Virus record (IMG/VR): IMGVR_UViG_3300034019_000950
Location: 1 to 64,000 of that record
Length of the DNA stretch: 64,000 bases
Reading direction: 5' to 3' (one strand)
From: a virus
Positions 9,157 through 18,619 of this stretch are shown piece by piece. A model generated the notes under the pieces. The model saw only the letters and a list, made by a program, of their open reading frames with translations. It was not told where the DNA came from and ran no database searches. The position numbers and the translations under genes were made by a program. Each line of letters begins with the position of its first letter. Positions within the stretch are counted from its first letter, which is position 1.

Positions 9157-9959
9157 CTACGCCTTTGACGCTTGTACGTGTGGATGCGTCTATTCTGTCC
9201 AGCTATGGCCGATCTGGCGGAACAGGCGGTCAACGTGCCAATCTCCGTCCTCTTGCCCAGCTTGGACACGCTGGCTTCGCCACACCGGACACTGCTTCTG
9301 CTCTACTGGCGCTGAACGACGTAGTGCTGGCTGCTGGCGGCGACTTTCGCGTAACCGAGCTGCACCGCGACGTGGCCACGCAGCAGAAAGCGCGTATTCG
9401 CTACGATCGGTGGGTTGCCGCTGGCAAGCCGGCACCCGGTTCACCCGGCTTCGACAGCGCAACCATGAAGCCTGCATTCGTTGCAGTGCCGGGCCGGTCA
9501 ATGCACAACGCAGGGCGCGCCATCGACGTTGACCTGAGCGCACTGCGGTTCCCCGGCGTGCCTGCTGACCGGCAGCTGGACCGGCTGTGGGATCTTGCGC
9601 GCCCGCTGGGCTGGGCGCCTGTGATCCGCGCGCCGGACGAACGAGCAAGCGAAGCGTGGCATCTTGACTACTGGGGCGAACTGAAAGGCGTGCTGGCACG
9701 GCTGGGCTACGCTCAGGCTGCATTCGCGGGCGCGCTTTTGGTCGGGCACGCTGGCAACGGAACCAGCTGGGCGAGCATCACACAGGCACTCCTTGCACGT
9801 GCTGGCTATGACCTTGGTGAGATTGACGGCCTGTGGGGCGAGCGTTCCAGGCTTGCGCTAAGCACTGCGCTTGACGTTTCATCCAACGATGCAGTGAGCC
9901 TTGCACTGCGTAGTGATGAAACCATCTGGCCGCGACTGCTTGCACTCACGCCAGGATGA
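9153..9959 (+). CDS. endolysin, M15 peptidase with peptidoglycan-binding domain
   Basis: SMHNAGRAID and EAWH zinc motifs; C-terminal QALLARAGY..GEIDGLWG PG-binding motif. Confidence 0.85.
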   Translation: MTTPLTLVRVDASILSSYGRSGGTGGQRANLRPLAQLGHAGFATPDTASALLALNDVVLAAGGDFRVTELHRDVATQQKARIRYDRWVAAGKPAPGSPGFDSATMKPAFVAVPGRSMHNAGRAIDVDLSALRFPGVPADRQLDRLWDLARPLGWAPVIRAPDERASEAWHLDYWGELKGVLARLGYAQAAFAGALLVGHAGNGTSWASITQALLARAGYDLGEIDGLWGERSRLALSTALDVSSNDAVSLALRSDETIWPRLLALTPG

Positions 9960-9970
9960 TTGAGGTGCGT

Positions 9971-10381
9971 ATGGAACCTGTCTCACTGACCGCGATTGCC
10001 GTGATTGTTGCGCTTGCAGCTGGTTTTGGAGCCGGATGGGGGTTGAGGCCCGACAGCGCCGCGGAAGCACTGGCGGCACAGGCTGACGTTCTGGACGCGC
10101 AAGGTAAGACGCTGGCTGCCTTGCAGGCCGGACAAACTCAGCTTGTGGAAGCATCCAATCGTCCTGTCGTGCTTGATGCTGAGCTGCGGAGTGAGCTTGC
10201 ACGTGTGCCAGTGCAGTGTCGTCGGGATGCGGGCGGCAATCCACGAAGTGCCGAGTGCGCCTGGGCTACATGCCTGCAGTTCGGCCAATCATCATCTCAA
10301 CGACCTGAGTGTCGTGCTATCGAGGCATTGATGGTGCAGGCATTGCAAGGCGATGCGTGCGATCAGTCCAAAAAGCCGTAG
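9971..10381 (+). CDS. membrane-anchored protein, possible spanin
   Basis: N-terminal TM helix, coiled coil, Cys-rich tail; last gene of lysis cassette. Confidence 0.45.
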   Translation: MEPVSLTAIAVIVALAAGFGAGWGLRPDSAAEALAAQADVLDAQGKTLAALQAGQTQLVEASNRPVVLDAELRSELARVPVQCRRDAGGNPRSAECAWATCLQFGQSSSQRPECRAIEALMVQALQGDACDQSKKP

Positions 10382-10624
10382 GAAGTCGTCTTTTTGACGA
10401 TTTGTGTATGTATAGGGGTGGTGGACGGGCTGCTACAAGGCCCGTGCGGGGGCTATGGGGCGCTGCTGGCCCATAGGGCGGGCTGCAGGCCCTGCAAGCC
10501 GGTATGCAGGCCACAAGGGGGCATATTGCGCACCGTTTAGGGCCTGCGGGGGCCTGCGGGGGCCTGCTTACCCCATACAACAGCGCGTATGGGTTAGGGG
10601 GTGGATGAAAATGGTGAGGTAGAC

Positions 10625-11332
10625 GTGCGTTTCCTGCTGAGTGGTGGTTCTGGACGTCTTGGAAGGCTCTTTGTGCCGTGGTTGGAACAACAGGGCCACG
10701 AAGCATTCGCTCCTTCACGTGCTGCCTTGGATTGGTCGTGTCCAGATAGTGTGATGGCCGCCGTCACCGCCCAAAAACCCGACCGCATCGTGATGCTGGC
10801 GGCATGGACGGACGTGAGCGGAGCACAGGCACAGCCAGCCGCCTGCGTGCGGGACACGGTGCTGACAACACAGCATGCAATCGCCGCCGCGAAAGCCAAC
10901 AGTGTCTCGTTACTGTACGTGAGCACTGACTACGTGCACGCAGTTCTCCGACAGGACACGGCTGGCGTTTATGCAGCTGCAAAGCTCGTCGCAGAGCAGA
11001 TGGTTCTACTTGCGAACGGACACGTGGCCCGCGTTGCCTTCACCACCCCGGAACAAGTGGCTGAGTGGAGATGGGTCAACGACTACAGCAAGGCCAACAG
11101 GTGCTGGGTTGAGGATCTGATCCCAATGCTCGGCCTCTGGGCGTCCTTTCCAACTCACCAGCTACAACAGCTGGTGAACCTGGGTGGCCCACACCCTGTC
11201 ACGCCTGCGGAGCTTCTGGCAAGCCGCCATCCTGATCATCCAGCACTGAGGCGCGTGATTGCTTCGCAAGCGGAAGCAATCGCAATCGGTCTGCCAGCAC
11301 AGCCTCACGATACTTGTTGGAGGAAACTATAA
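10625..11332 (+). CDS. rmlD: dTDP-4-dehydrorhamnose reductase-like SDR
   Basis: GGSGRLG, AAWTDV, STDYV, YAAAK. Confidence 0.8.
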   Translation: MRFLLSGGSGRLGRLFVPWLEQQGHEAFAPSRAALDWSCPDSVMAAVTAQKPDRIVMLAAWTDVSGAQAQPAACVRDTVLTTQHAIAAAKANSVSLLYVSTDYVHAVLRQDTAGVYAAAKLVAEQMVLLANGHVARVAFTTPEQVAEWRWVNDYSKANRCWVEDLIPMLGLWASFPTHQLQQLVNLGGPHPVTPAELLASRHPDHPALRRVIASQAEAIAIGLPAQPHDTCWRKL

Positions 11333-11350
11333 AATATGCTGGCGCCCCCC

Positions 11351-11381
11351 TTGCACAGCTAACCCGCACCGCGTTACACCT
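11351..11381 (+). promoter_or_regulatory. early promoter with TAAC-N9-GTTA dyad
   Basis: TTGCAC; TAAC 11360-11363, GTTA 11373-11376. Confidence 0.7.
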
Positions 11382-11421
11382 ATGGTGCAAGCAACGCGGC
11401 AGCAGCCGCAAGGGAGAGTAG

Positions 11422-11631
11422 ATGGTTCCGCACAATATGGGCCTCATTGAGAGCTTCATTGCAATGACCGGCTTCAAGCTCTCAGACATCAGCTACAAGG
11501 TTGTGGGCGACACGATGATCGTCCGCTGCCCCGGTCCCGATGGTGGCTGGGACTTCTACAGCTGGGACGGGTATGACTTCGACTACTCCGACGCTGCTAC
11601 TTTTGAGCAGGCCGACGAGGATCAGGCATGA
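11422..11631 (+). CDS. small acidic hypothetical protein
   Basis: 69 aa after promoter and AGGGAG RBS; coupled to next gene. Confidence 0.65.
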   Translation: MVPHNMGLIESFIAMTGFKLSDISYKVVGDTMIVRCPGPDGGWDFYSWDGYDFDYSDAATFEQADEDQA

Positions 11632-11903
11632 GCCGCGCAGTGGGCGTGCTCGTGTACGCACTGGCCAACATCATCATCGCCGCGCCGTTCGCTCTGCTGG
11701 GCGTCCTCATGTTGTGGGCGTTCTTGCAACCGGACCCGGTTCAGCAGGCCAAGGGCCGAGAGGCGCACGCCGACCTGTCGGAGCGCCTGCAGGTGGACGA
11801 GGAGCGGTGCGTGGACGAGTTTCTGGAGCCGATGCGGGCGACACGAGGCGCCACCGACACCGAGCTGGCTGACGCGCACCGCTGGTGCGACCGTCTCAAC
11901 TAA
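11628..11903 (+). CDS. hypothetical membrane protein
   Basis: ATGA overlap; N-terminal TM segment. Confidence 0.65.
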   Translation: MSRAVGVLVYALANIIIAAPFALLGVLMLWAFLQPDPVQQAKGREAHADLSERLQVDEERCVDEFLEPMRATRGATDTELADAHRWCDRLN

Positions 11904-11917
11904 TCATGGAGACTTCA

Positions 11918-12202
11918 ATGGTTGTCGCGTACATCTACATGGGTGACAGGTGGTGGAGCGCCACTGAAAAGCAGTGGGAGATCATCATCAACACGTTGGA
12001 GGTCAATGTTGCTCCCCCGTGGCAGGAAGTGTTCAGACGGATTGGGCGACCGGCCTGCATTCGCTCCTGCGGCCAGCGTGACGGCCGCTATTGGAGCGAA
12101 GGCGCACCGTTCTTCCGTGTAGCTGACTTCACTTACGGCGACTGGGTTGATGCGCACTTGGACGTCCACCGTTTCATTGAGCGTCAGAAAGTGATGGTGT
12201 GA
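11918..12202 (+). CDS. hypothetical protein
   Basis: GGAG RBS; fills the operon before a hairpin at 12242-12270. Confidence 0.6.
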   Translation: MVVAYIYMGDRWWSATEKQWEIIINTLEVNVAPPWQEVFRRIGRPACIRSCGQRDGRYWSEGAPFFRVADFTYGDWVDAHLDVHRFIERQKVMV

Positions 12203-12271
12203 TTGTGCCTTGATAGCTGAATAAGCTGCTGAACATCATGTCGGGCCGTCAAGTCTTTACTTGCGGCCCGC

Positions 12272-12301
12272 TTGACTTTGTAACTTGCGAAAGGTTACAC
12301 T
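12272..12301 (+). promoter_or_regulatory. sigma70-like promoter with TAAC-N9-GTTA dyad (contains GA, unlike the others)
   Basis: TTGACT-18bp-TACACT; TAAC 12281-12284, GTTA 12294-12297. Confidence 0.7.
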
Positions 12302-12344
12302 GATAACGACAATGATCATCGCAAGGGCGCGTGGAGCAAGCAAC

Positions 12345-12767
12345 GTGAGCAAAAACACTGATCTGGTCGTGTTGAGGCACCCTGTCCTTGTCATCGCGCA
12401 AGTGCTGCAAGCTTGCGCACGACTGCAAGATCTGGCTGGATGGTGGGCGCCCGTTGGATCTCTCTTAGAGGGCGCACGACTGGCGCTTGTCGGCCTTGAC
12501 GGGCTGGATGAAGTGCAGATGCGTCGCCTTTTGCGCTGGGCAGCACGATGGGAAGCAATGGATCCTCGATTGCGAGCTTTGTATGCTCAACATCAGTCCG
12601 CCATTGCTGTTGATGTTGCGCTGTGGCACGTGCTTGACCAGCGAAGCGGACAGCCGAGCGGGGTTGTGTACGGGAAGCTACGCGACCTGTGGGTGAAGGT
12701 ATACGGATACTCACCAAGCATTGAGCTGGTCCCTACAATCACCCTAAACATCAAGGACCAACCGTGA
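12345..12767 (+). CDS. hypothetical protein
   Basis: GTG after GGAG; coupled to rmlC. Confidence 0.55.
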   Translation: MSKNTDLVVLRHPVLVIAQVLQACARLQDLAGWWAPVGSLLEGARLALVGLDGLDEVQMRRLLRWAARWEAMDPRLRALYAQHQSAIAVDVALWHVLDQRSGQPSGVVYGKLRDLWVKVYGYSPSIELVPTITLNIKDQP

Positions 12768-13405
12768 CAACCGACGAGCAAGACATTCACTTGATGTATC
12801 AAGACGCCGGCTACCTGCGCTGGGCCAGCGTTCCGCAGCAGGTGCAGCCGCCGTCTTTCCGCACGCTGGGCGGAACCGAGCCGTGGCACGCTCGTCCAAT
12901 CGAGGTGCGCCCGCTACGCTGGCACGTGGATGCGCGGGGCGCCTTGGTGGAGCTGCATCGCACAAGCTGGCACCGAGAGCGTCTGCCGGGCGAGGTGCAG
13001 CTGCCGCGTCGTGGCGAAGTGGCACAGATCTACGTCAGCACCACAGCCGAGGGTGTAGTCAAGGGCTGGCACCTGCACGCGCAGCAGTCCGATCGCTTCA
13101 CGGTGCTGCGCGGCGCCGTGCTGCTGGCCCTGTACGACTTGCGCGCTCACAATCGCGCCAGCCGGCTTGGTGATGAACTGCCGCCGGTACATGAAGTGAT
13201 GCTTCATGCAGAGCGCAATGCTGCTCAGGTCATTGTTCCCCCCGGCTGGGCGCATGGATGGATGGCACTGCCCGGCTACGGTGAGGCGCACGTGCTGAAC
13301 GCCGTTTCGCACGAGTATGACGGAACCGACGAGTGGCGACGCAATGCACACGCTGGTCCGGCCACGGGCAAAGACTATGACTGGCGTCGTTCTCGTGATG
13401 GATAG
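12764..13405 (+). CDS. rmlC: dTDP-4-dehydrorhamnose 3,5-epimerase
   Basis: DARGALVE, GVVKGWHLH, PPGWAHG cupin motifs. Confidence 0.85.
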   Translation: MTTDEQDIHLMYQDAGYLRWASVPQQVQPPSFRTLGGTEPWHARPIEVRPLRWHVDARGALVELHRTSWHRERLPGEVQLPRRGEVAQIYVSTTAEGVVKGWHLHAQQSDRFTVLRGAVLLALYDLRAHNRASRLGDELPPVHEVMLHAERNAAQVIVPPGWAHGWMALPGYGEAHVLNAVSHEYDGTDEWRRNAHAGPATGKDYDWRRSRDG

Positions 13406-13436
13406 TGTTTTTTGGTTGTGGTTATGGGTGGCGCGC

Positions 13437-13457
13437 TACCCGTTGCGGTGTTATACT
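13437..13457 (+). promoter_or_regulatory. promoter variant TACC-N9-GTTATACT
   Basis: Extended -10 TGTTATACT upstream of the sigma gene. Confidence 0.6.
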
Positions 13458-13497
13458 GCAATGGTCAGCAACAGCGGCATAGCCGCACGGAGGCCAC

Positions 13498-13971
13498 ATG
13501 AGTGAGCATAGTGAAGCCTGGGGATGGGTCCTGCAACATGCACAGGTGGTGAAGTGCGCCGCGTGGCGCATGGCCAGCGGCACCGGCTTGGATGCCGACG
13601 ACCTGCACAGCGCACTGCTGGTGCGGCTGGTGGAGCGGTGGCACGTGTACGACAACACGGTCGCCAAGCCTTCCACATGGGTCTGGTGGCAGGCGCGCGC
13701 AGTTCGTAGTGCGATGATCGACCAGCGACGTCGTCGGATGCAGGAGGACGAGCTGGTAGATGCGTCTCATCCCGTGGTTGCTCCCACCGCTGAGGCGTGG
13801 GTGCTGGCGGCACAGGCCCGGAAGATTGCAGAGCCGGACGAGTGGCAGGCTGCTCTTGCGTATGCGGAAGGGCTTGTCGGCGAAGAACTTGGTCAAGCGT
13901 GCGGGTGCGCGCCGTTCAGCGCCCGTCGTCGTGTGGCGCGCCTGCGCGCGCGTATGGAGGGTGCAGCATGA
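13498..13971 (+). CDS. ECF-type sigma70 factor
   Basis: Region 2 pattern ADDL..ALLVRL....YD....PSTW; region 4-like HTH at C-terminus; RBS GGAGG. Confidence 0.7.
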   Translation: MSEHSEAWGWVLQHAQVVKCAAWRMASGTGLDADDLHSALLVRLVERWHVYDNTVAKPSTWVWWQARAVRSAMIDQRRRRMQEDELVDASHPVVAPTAEAWVLAAQARKIAEPDEWQAALAYAEGLVGEELGQACGCAPFSARRRVARLRARMEGAA

Positions 13972-14300
13972 GTGATGTAGCGGAAGTGGAGCAGGAAGAA
14001 GAAGTGCACGAGGCGCAGCTGCTACGTGAACTGCAAGCGGGGCAAGACCTTCCACTTGTGGAAGTCTTTGCAGAGCTGGCAGCAGAGTGGCATCGTCGCA
14101 ACCCCGGCACCCGGTCGAAAGACCTTGCCGCGCTACTCGGGGTGCGCCCGCAGCTGTGCTCGCAGTGGAAAACGGGCACGGACGATAGGCGCCCGCCTTG
14201 GAGCGCGATCGTTCTACTGTGCCACCTGTGCAAGCGTCAGGTTGTCATTCGACCTGATGGGCTGCACCTTGCACAGCTGCGACGTCAGCGAACCGCGTGA
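13968..14300 (+). CDS. XRE-family HTH regulator
   Basis: KDLAALLGVRPQLCSQWKTG..RRP; ATGA overlap with the sigma gene. Confidence 0.75.
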   Translation: MSDVAEVEQEEEVHEAQLLRELQAGQDLPLVEVFAELAAEWHRRNPGTRSKDLAALLGVRPQLCSQWKTGTDDRRPPWSAIVLLCHLCKRQVVIRPDGLHLAQLRRQRTA

Positions 14301-14833
14301 GTCACGCAAACAGAGGCCGTGCATGGGAACAGCTATTGGAGCTGTGGCACGCACGGTATGAAGCAAGGGGCGAAGCAGTGGTGTTGCGGACACCACCTCC
14401 GATGCGCATCCTTCGCTCAATGTCTGGCGGTCAGTTCGTGGCGGTTTATGCCACGGAAGGTCCGCCAGACTACGTTTTGCTGTCCGATGGCCACGCCATT
14501 GCAGCAGAGGCCAAAGACTGTCTGGCCGATCGCTGGCAGCTCAACAAGCTGCACGCTCATCAGGCCAGACGTCTGACAGCATGGGAAGCACAGGGCGGGC
14601 TTGGGGTCGTGTTGCTACGACATCAGCCGAGTGACACACGATGGGTGCTCCCCTGGTTGCGCCTTGGTCCAGTATGGGCACGATGGCACGAGGCTGCCGA
14701 GGCTGGACGCGAACTGCCGCGTGGTAGTGCAAGCATCAGCCTTCCGCAGCTGCACGATCTGGGCTTGCCATTCTGCCGTATTGGCGGACATCTGCCTGTG
14801 ATTGTAGGGCAGAACAGCAAAAAGTTATGGTAG
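14297..14833 (+). CDS. recU: RecU-family Holliday junction resolvase
   Basis: NRG..WE, PDY, EAK, HQ motifs. Confidence 0.75.
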   Translation: MSHANRGRAWEQLLELWHARYEARGEAVVLRTPPPMRILRSMSGGQFVAVYATEGPPDYVLLSDGHAIAAEAKDCLADRWQLNKLHAHQARRLTAWEAQGGLGVVLLRHQPSDTRWVLPWLRLGPVWARWHEAAEAGRELPRGSASISLPQLHDLGLPFCRIGGHLPVIVGQNSKKLW

Positions 14834-14837
14834 CCCA

Positions 14838-14866
14838 TTGCACTGTAACCCTGCACATGTTACCGT
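14838..14866 (+). promoter_or_regulatory. early promoter with GTAAC-N9-GTTAC dyad
   Basis: TTGCAC-17bp-TACCGT; TAAC 14846-14849, GTTA 14859-14862. Confidence 0.75.
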
Positions 14867-14889
14867 AAACATGTAAGCAGGAGCAGCAC

Positions 14890-15375
14890 ATGGCAACAAA
14901 GAGCAACAAGACCAACGTCACTATCCTTCAACGCGGCGGCAAAAAGCATCACGACGTGCTGGAAAGCGCATCTCTTTTCTTCATGCGCGAGCTTATGAAT
15001 GCCGAGCTTGCGTGCATCCTGAACCTCCGCATTGAGGTGAGGGCTACGAAGATGCAACGGGGCACGGTCGCTATCTCATACCTGCCCGTAAACAGCAACG
15101 AGCCGTGCACGGACTTCACCATCATCCTGCATAGGGATCGCAGGTTGATTGATCAGATACAAGACCTGGCTCACGAGCTGGTTCACGTACAACAATCCGT
15201 TAGCGGCCGGTTGCAATACCACAGGTCGAATGACAGCAAGCTGTATGCGTGGTGGGAAGGAGTAGATATGGGCGCGGTAGAGGATATTCCATACTTCAGT
15301 CGCCCGTGGGAGGTAGAGGCGCGGTGTTTGGAAGTGGCGCTAATGAACAAGCTGCGACAGGCTGTCAGCAGCTGA
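14890..15375 (+). CDS. zincin-like metallopeptidase (HExxH)
   Basis: LAHELVHVQQ and PWEVEA motifs. Confidence 0.7.
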   Translation: MATKSNKTNVTILQRGGKKHHDVLESASLFFMRELMNAELACILNLRIEVRATKMQRGTVAISYLPVNSNEPCTDFTIILHRDRRLIDQIQDLAHELVHVQQSVSGRLQYHRSNDSKLYAWWEGVDMGAVEDIPYFSRPWEVEARCLEVALMNKLRQAVSS

Positions 15376-16867
15376 CGTGCAGCAGGTGTGCACGGTAAGG
15401 CGTACCGTCCACGAGCCTCCAGCCGGGCCGCCTTCCAAAACGACCAGCCGCGCAGGCGCTGGCGTCGGCGTGGCCGCCCTGTGCGCCATGCGCGCGCGCC
15501 GCAACGAGCACCCGCGCGCCCAGCGCAGCGTGCCACGCGCGCACCGCAGGCTGCTGGTGCCACGTGGCCGCGCTGTGACGCGCATAGCGAAGCTCAACCC
15601 ACACTTGCAGCCCGACAGGGCCAGTGCGGACAACCGCACACCTGCCGCTTGCCTCTCCATCCATCACCACTGACGCTGCCAGTGCTTCCGCAAGCCCTGT
15701 AACGTCGTCTGGCAGCACAATATCGTCAATGTCAACCAACACCCAGTCCTGGCATCGCGGCGCTTGCGGAGTATTCCAACCGCCATGAGGCGCGCGGCCC
15801 ATTGTGGAGACGCTAAGCAGACGATCTGGCAATACAGCACGAGCTGGCAGACCATCACCGAACACCGCAGCATCATGGGCGCGCTGTGCGGCTGCCGGCG
15901 TCCGGCTAAGCCTCTCCGCACGCTGCAAGGCCACCAAAACGCCGCCCGTGGCCCGATTGCCGGGTGTTCGCCATGTAGTCGCACGGCCAGAGGCCGATAT
16001 AGAGGCACGCAGCAGCGCGATGGTGTGCCCGCTGCGCACAGGGCCGCTCAACACACACCCCCCAACAGGGGCGCTGTAGCCCGTAAGGGGGGCCGGGCCA
16101 CCCGTGGCAGAGGCAGCGGCCCGCGCAGGGCCGGGGGCCAGTATGGGGGGGCTTTTATTGTGCCGGTAAGGTTGCGATGCCGTGCTGGTGCGGCTTGCAG
16201 GCAACAGGCGCACCTTATGTCCGGCGGCCAGCCACGCCCAACGGGGCGCGGTTCCATCGACTTGCTCACATGCCATGCACATCGCCCCACCATTCGCCCA
16301 AAGCACAAGTGACGGCGTGTTGTCGTCGTGCAGGGGGCAACGTATGGTCGCGGTGCGTGACCCGGCCCGTAGACGAGCCAGCGCATCTGCTGCTTCTACT
16401 TCCAAGTCGGCAGACTGGCATACGCTGGCGCCAGACGCTGCTCGAAGTCCGGCAATCTGCCATCCTTCCAGCACAATATGCCGACCGTATCGGCTTCCCC
16501 ACCGGATGCGTCGTAACTGCGCGCCAAGGACGCGCGCGTGCTCCGTTGCGACCTCTGCCCATCCGACCAAGTGTTGAGCGAAACGCCATGCCAGCGTCGC
16601 GGCCCAGCGGGTACAGCCCTCAACCGTTGCCACGTAGCTTGGACAACTTTCTACATACCACCTACCACACGGAAGGCGCTGCGCTTGACGCAGCTGAACA
16701 GACCAGCCGTACATCGCGGCCCGTAGACCGACGCCAAGCGCACCCACACTTGATGCTGCAGCGCGAAGTGCCGCTTCCAAGCGACGACCCGCCAGTGCAG
16801 CAGGATCAACCGGCAATGCAAGACTCGACACCACACTTGCTGTGTGATAGGGTTTGGCTGTCGCCAT
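15365..16867 (-). CDS. CHC2 zinc finger plus RepB/AEP-like primase domain protein
   Basis: CPLHDDNTPS...CMAC; LVDIDD, VVRTGPVGLQVW, D....GRFGRRPG. Confidence 0.6.
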   Translation of the reverse strand: MATAKPYHTASVVSSLALPVDPAALAGRRLEAALRAAASSVGALGVGLRAAMYGWSVQLRQAQRLPCGRWYVESCPSYVATVEGCTRWAATLAWRFAQHLVGWAEVATEHARVLGAQLRRIRWGSRYGRHIVLEGWQIAGLRAASGASVCQSADLEVEAADALARLRAGSRTATIRCPLHDDNTPSLVLWANGGAMCMACEQVDGTAPRWAWLAAGHKVRLLPASRTSTASQPYRHNKSPPILAPGPARAAASATGGPAPLTGYSAPVGGCVLSGPVRSGHTIALLRASISASGRATTWRTPGNRATGGVLVALQRAERLSRTPAAAQRAHDAAVFGDGLPARAVLPDRLLSVSTMGRAPHGGWNTPQAPRCQDWVLVDIDDIVLPDDVTGLAEALAASVVMDGEASGRCAVVRTGPVGLQVWVELRYARHSAATWHQQPAVRAWHAALGARVLVAARAHGAQGGHADASACAAGRFGRRPGWRLVDGTPYRAHLLHVSC

Positions 16868-17056
16868 GATCGTGAAGGGTCCGTGGTGGCAGCCGTAGGC
16901 GCGTGGTGGCGTTTACGGCAACCTGTTTGTAGCCCGCAGGTGTGCTAAACGCACCCCCTGCGCCTAAAACGGGTCAGGGGCCGGCTGCGCATCTCCCTGC
17001 GCTGCTGACACTGTGCTCCTTGCTGTACGCAGCCGGCCCCCTTTCCCACCACGACA

Positions 17057-18535
17057 ATGCCAAACTCCGCACACATCGCAGCAACACTGGCCCTCCACTC
17101 TCAGGGCCTTCCGTTGCGGTTCGTCCAAGCTGTGCAGGCAATGGTGACTGTTCAGAACCCGGAGCGCGAGCAGATGGCTCGTGCTGGGGTGTCCGCATCA
17201 CACCTGCCCGCCCTGCTGCCGTTGTGGGAGCAGCGAGCAGACTGGCTCCATGTTCCACGTGGAGCAGTGAAGATGGTACGGCAGCAAGCGGCGCTGCACG
17301 GTGCAGAACTGCAGTGGACAAGCTCGGTTGTGAGCCGAGCATTCCGCCGTGTTCCTATCGAAAAGCTACCTGTCAACCTGCGCCCGTACCAACGCGAAGC
17401 TGTGGAAGCGATGTTGTTCGGTGTGCAAGGTCACGTCGTTGCTCCATGCGGAGCAGGCAAGACTGTGATTGCGAGCAGCGCACTGGTTGCCTCTGGCGAG
17501 CCTGGGCTGGTGCTGGTCCACACGCACGATCTGCTTGATCAGTGGACAAAGCTTCTGCGAAGCTGGGGATGCCGAGTACGTGTAGTGTCTGGCGGGCGGT
17601 CGCGTTTCAGCCCCCTTGGATGGGGGCAGGATGGACAGCCAGAGATTGCGGTTGCAATGGTGCAAACACTGGTTCGCGCTGGCGCAGCAGCAGACCCATT
17701 GTTGGGAAGTGCTGGAGCGGTGGTGATGGACGAGTGTCATCATGCGCCAGCCTCTACGTTCCGTTCACTGATGAACAAAGTGCCTGCTCGCCATAGGTGG
17801 GGTGTCACCGCCACGCCCGAGCGCGGCGACGGGATGCGCGTCATGCTGGAGCTGGCGCTGGGCGAGCAGCTGTACGAGATCACAACCCAGCAGCTGCTGG
17901 CGGGTGGCTACCTCATGCAGCCAATCATCCTGCCAGTGTTCAGTGCTGCACGGGTTGATCTGCAAGCTTGCATGACCTCAAAGGGTCAGGTTGTGATTGC
18001 GCGTGCACTGCAGCAGCTGGTAGACGACCCGGAAAGACACGAGCTACTACTGCAGCTGGCAACGATCGCCGCAAGTGTTGGTAGAACAACCCTGCTATTG
18101 GTCCCGCGTGTTGAGCAAGCTCAGCAGCTTGCTGCCCATCTTCGCGCACGTGGCGTCAGCGCGGCTGATGCCACCAGTGCGACAGGGAAGGAAGCAAGAG
18201 CATCGCAACTTCGCCAACTTCGCGCACGACAGCTGCAAGTGCTGGTTGCAACGCAGCTGGCAGACGAGGGACTGGACGTGCCGGTGCTGGACTGCGTGAT
18301 CGTGGCGAGCACCGGGCGAGCGGCAGGGCGAGCGGTGCAGCGCATCGGGCGAGTGATGCGCACGGCGGACGGCAAGGCACAGCCCGTGGTCGTGGACGTA
18401 GTGGACCCGACGCCGTTCCGTGGCCAGTGGCGTGCGCGGGAACAGGCGTATCGGGATGCTCTGGGATTACAGGTCCCAGCGCCAGTGGCGAGGAACAATG
18501 GGCCAGATGCGCTCCGTCGTGCGCTGGGGTGGTAG
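17057..18535 (+). CDS. superfamily 2 DNA helicase
   Basis: LRPYQ, PCGAGKT, DECHH, TATP, EGLDVP, QRIGR. Confidence 0.92.
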   Translation: MPNSAHIAATLALHSQGLPLRFVQAVQAMVTVQNPEREQMARAGVSASHLPALLPLWEQRADWLHVPRGAVKMVRQQAALHGAELQWTSSVVSRAFRRVPIEKLPVNLRPYQREAVEAMLFGVQGHVVAPCGAGKTVIASSALVASGEPGLVLVHTHDLLDQWTKLLRSWGCRVRVVSGGRSRFSPLGWGQDGQPEIAVAMVQTLVRAGAAADPLLGSAGAVVMDECHHAPASTFRSLMNKVPARHRWGVTATPERGDGMRVMLELALGEQLYEITTQQLLAGGYLMQPIILPVFSAARVDLQACMTSKGQVVIARALQQLVDDPERHELLLQLATIAASVGRTTLLLVPRVEQAQQLAAHLRARGVSAADATSATGKEARASQLRQLRARQLQVLVATQLADEGLDVPVLDCVIVASTGRAAGRAVQRIGRVMRTADGKAQPVVVDVVDPTPFRGQWRAREQAYRDALGLQVPAPVARNNGPDALRRALGW

Positions 18536-18619
18536 CCTATAACATTGTGCACCATTACCCTGTGCGGGTTAGTGTGTGGGTGCCTACTATAAGGCAGCCA
18601 CCAACGCAGGAGGTGCACA

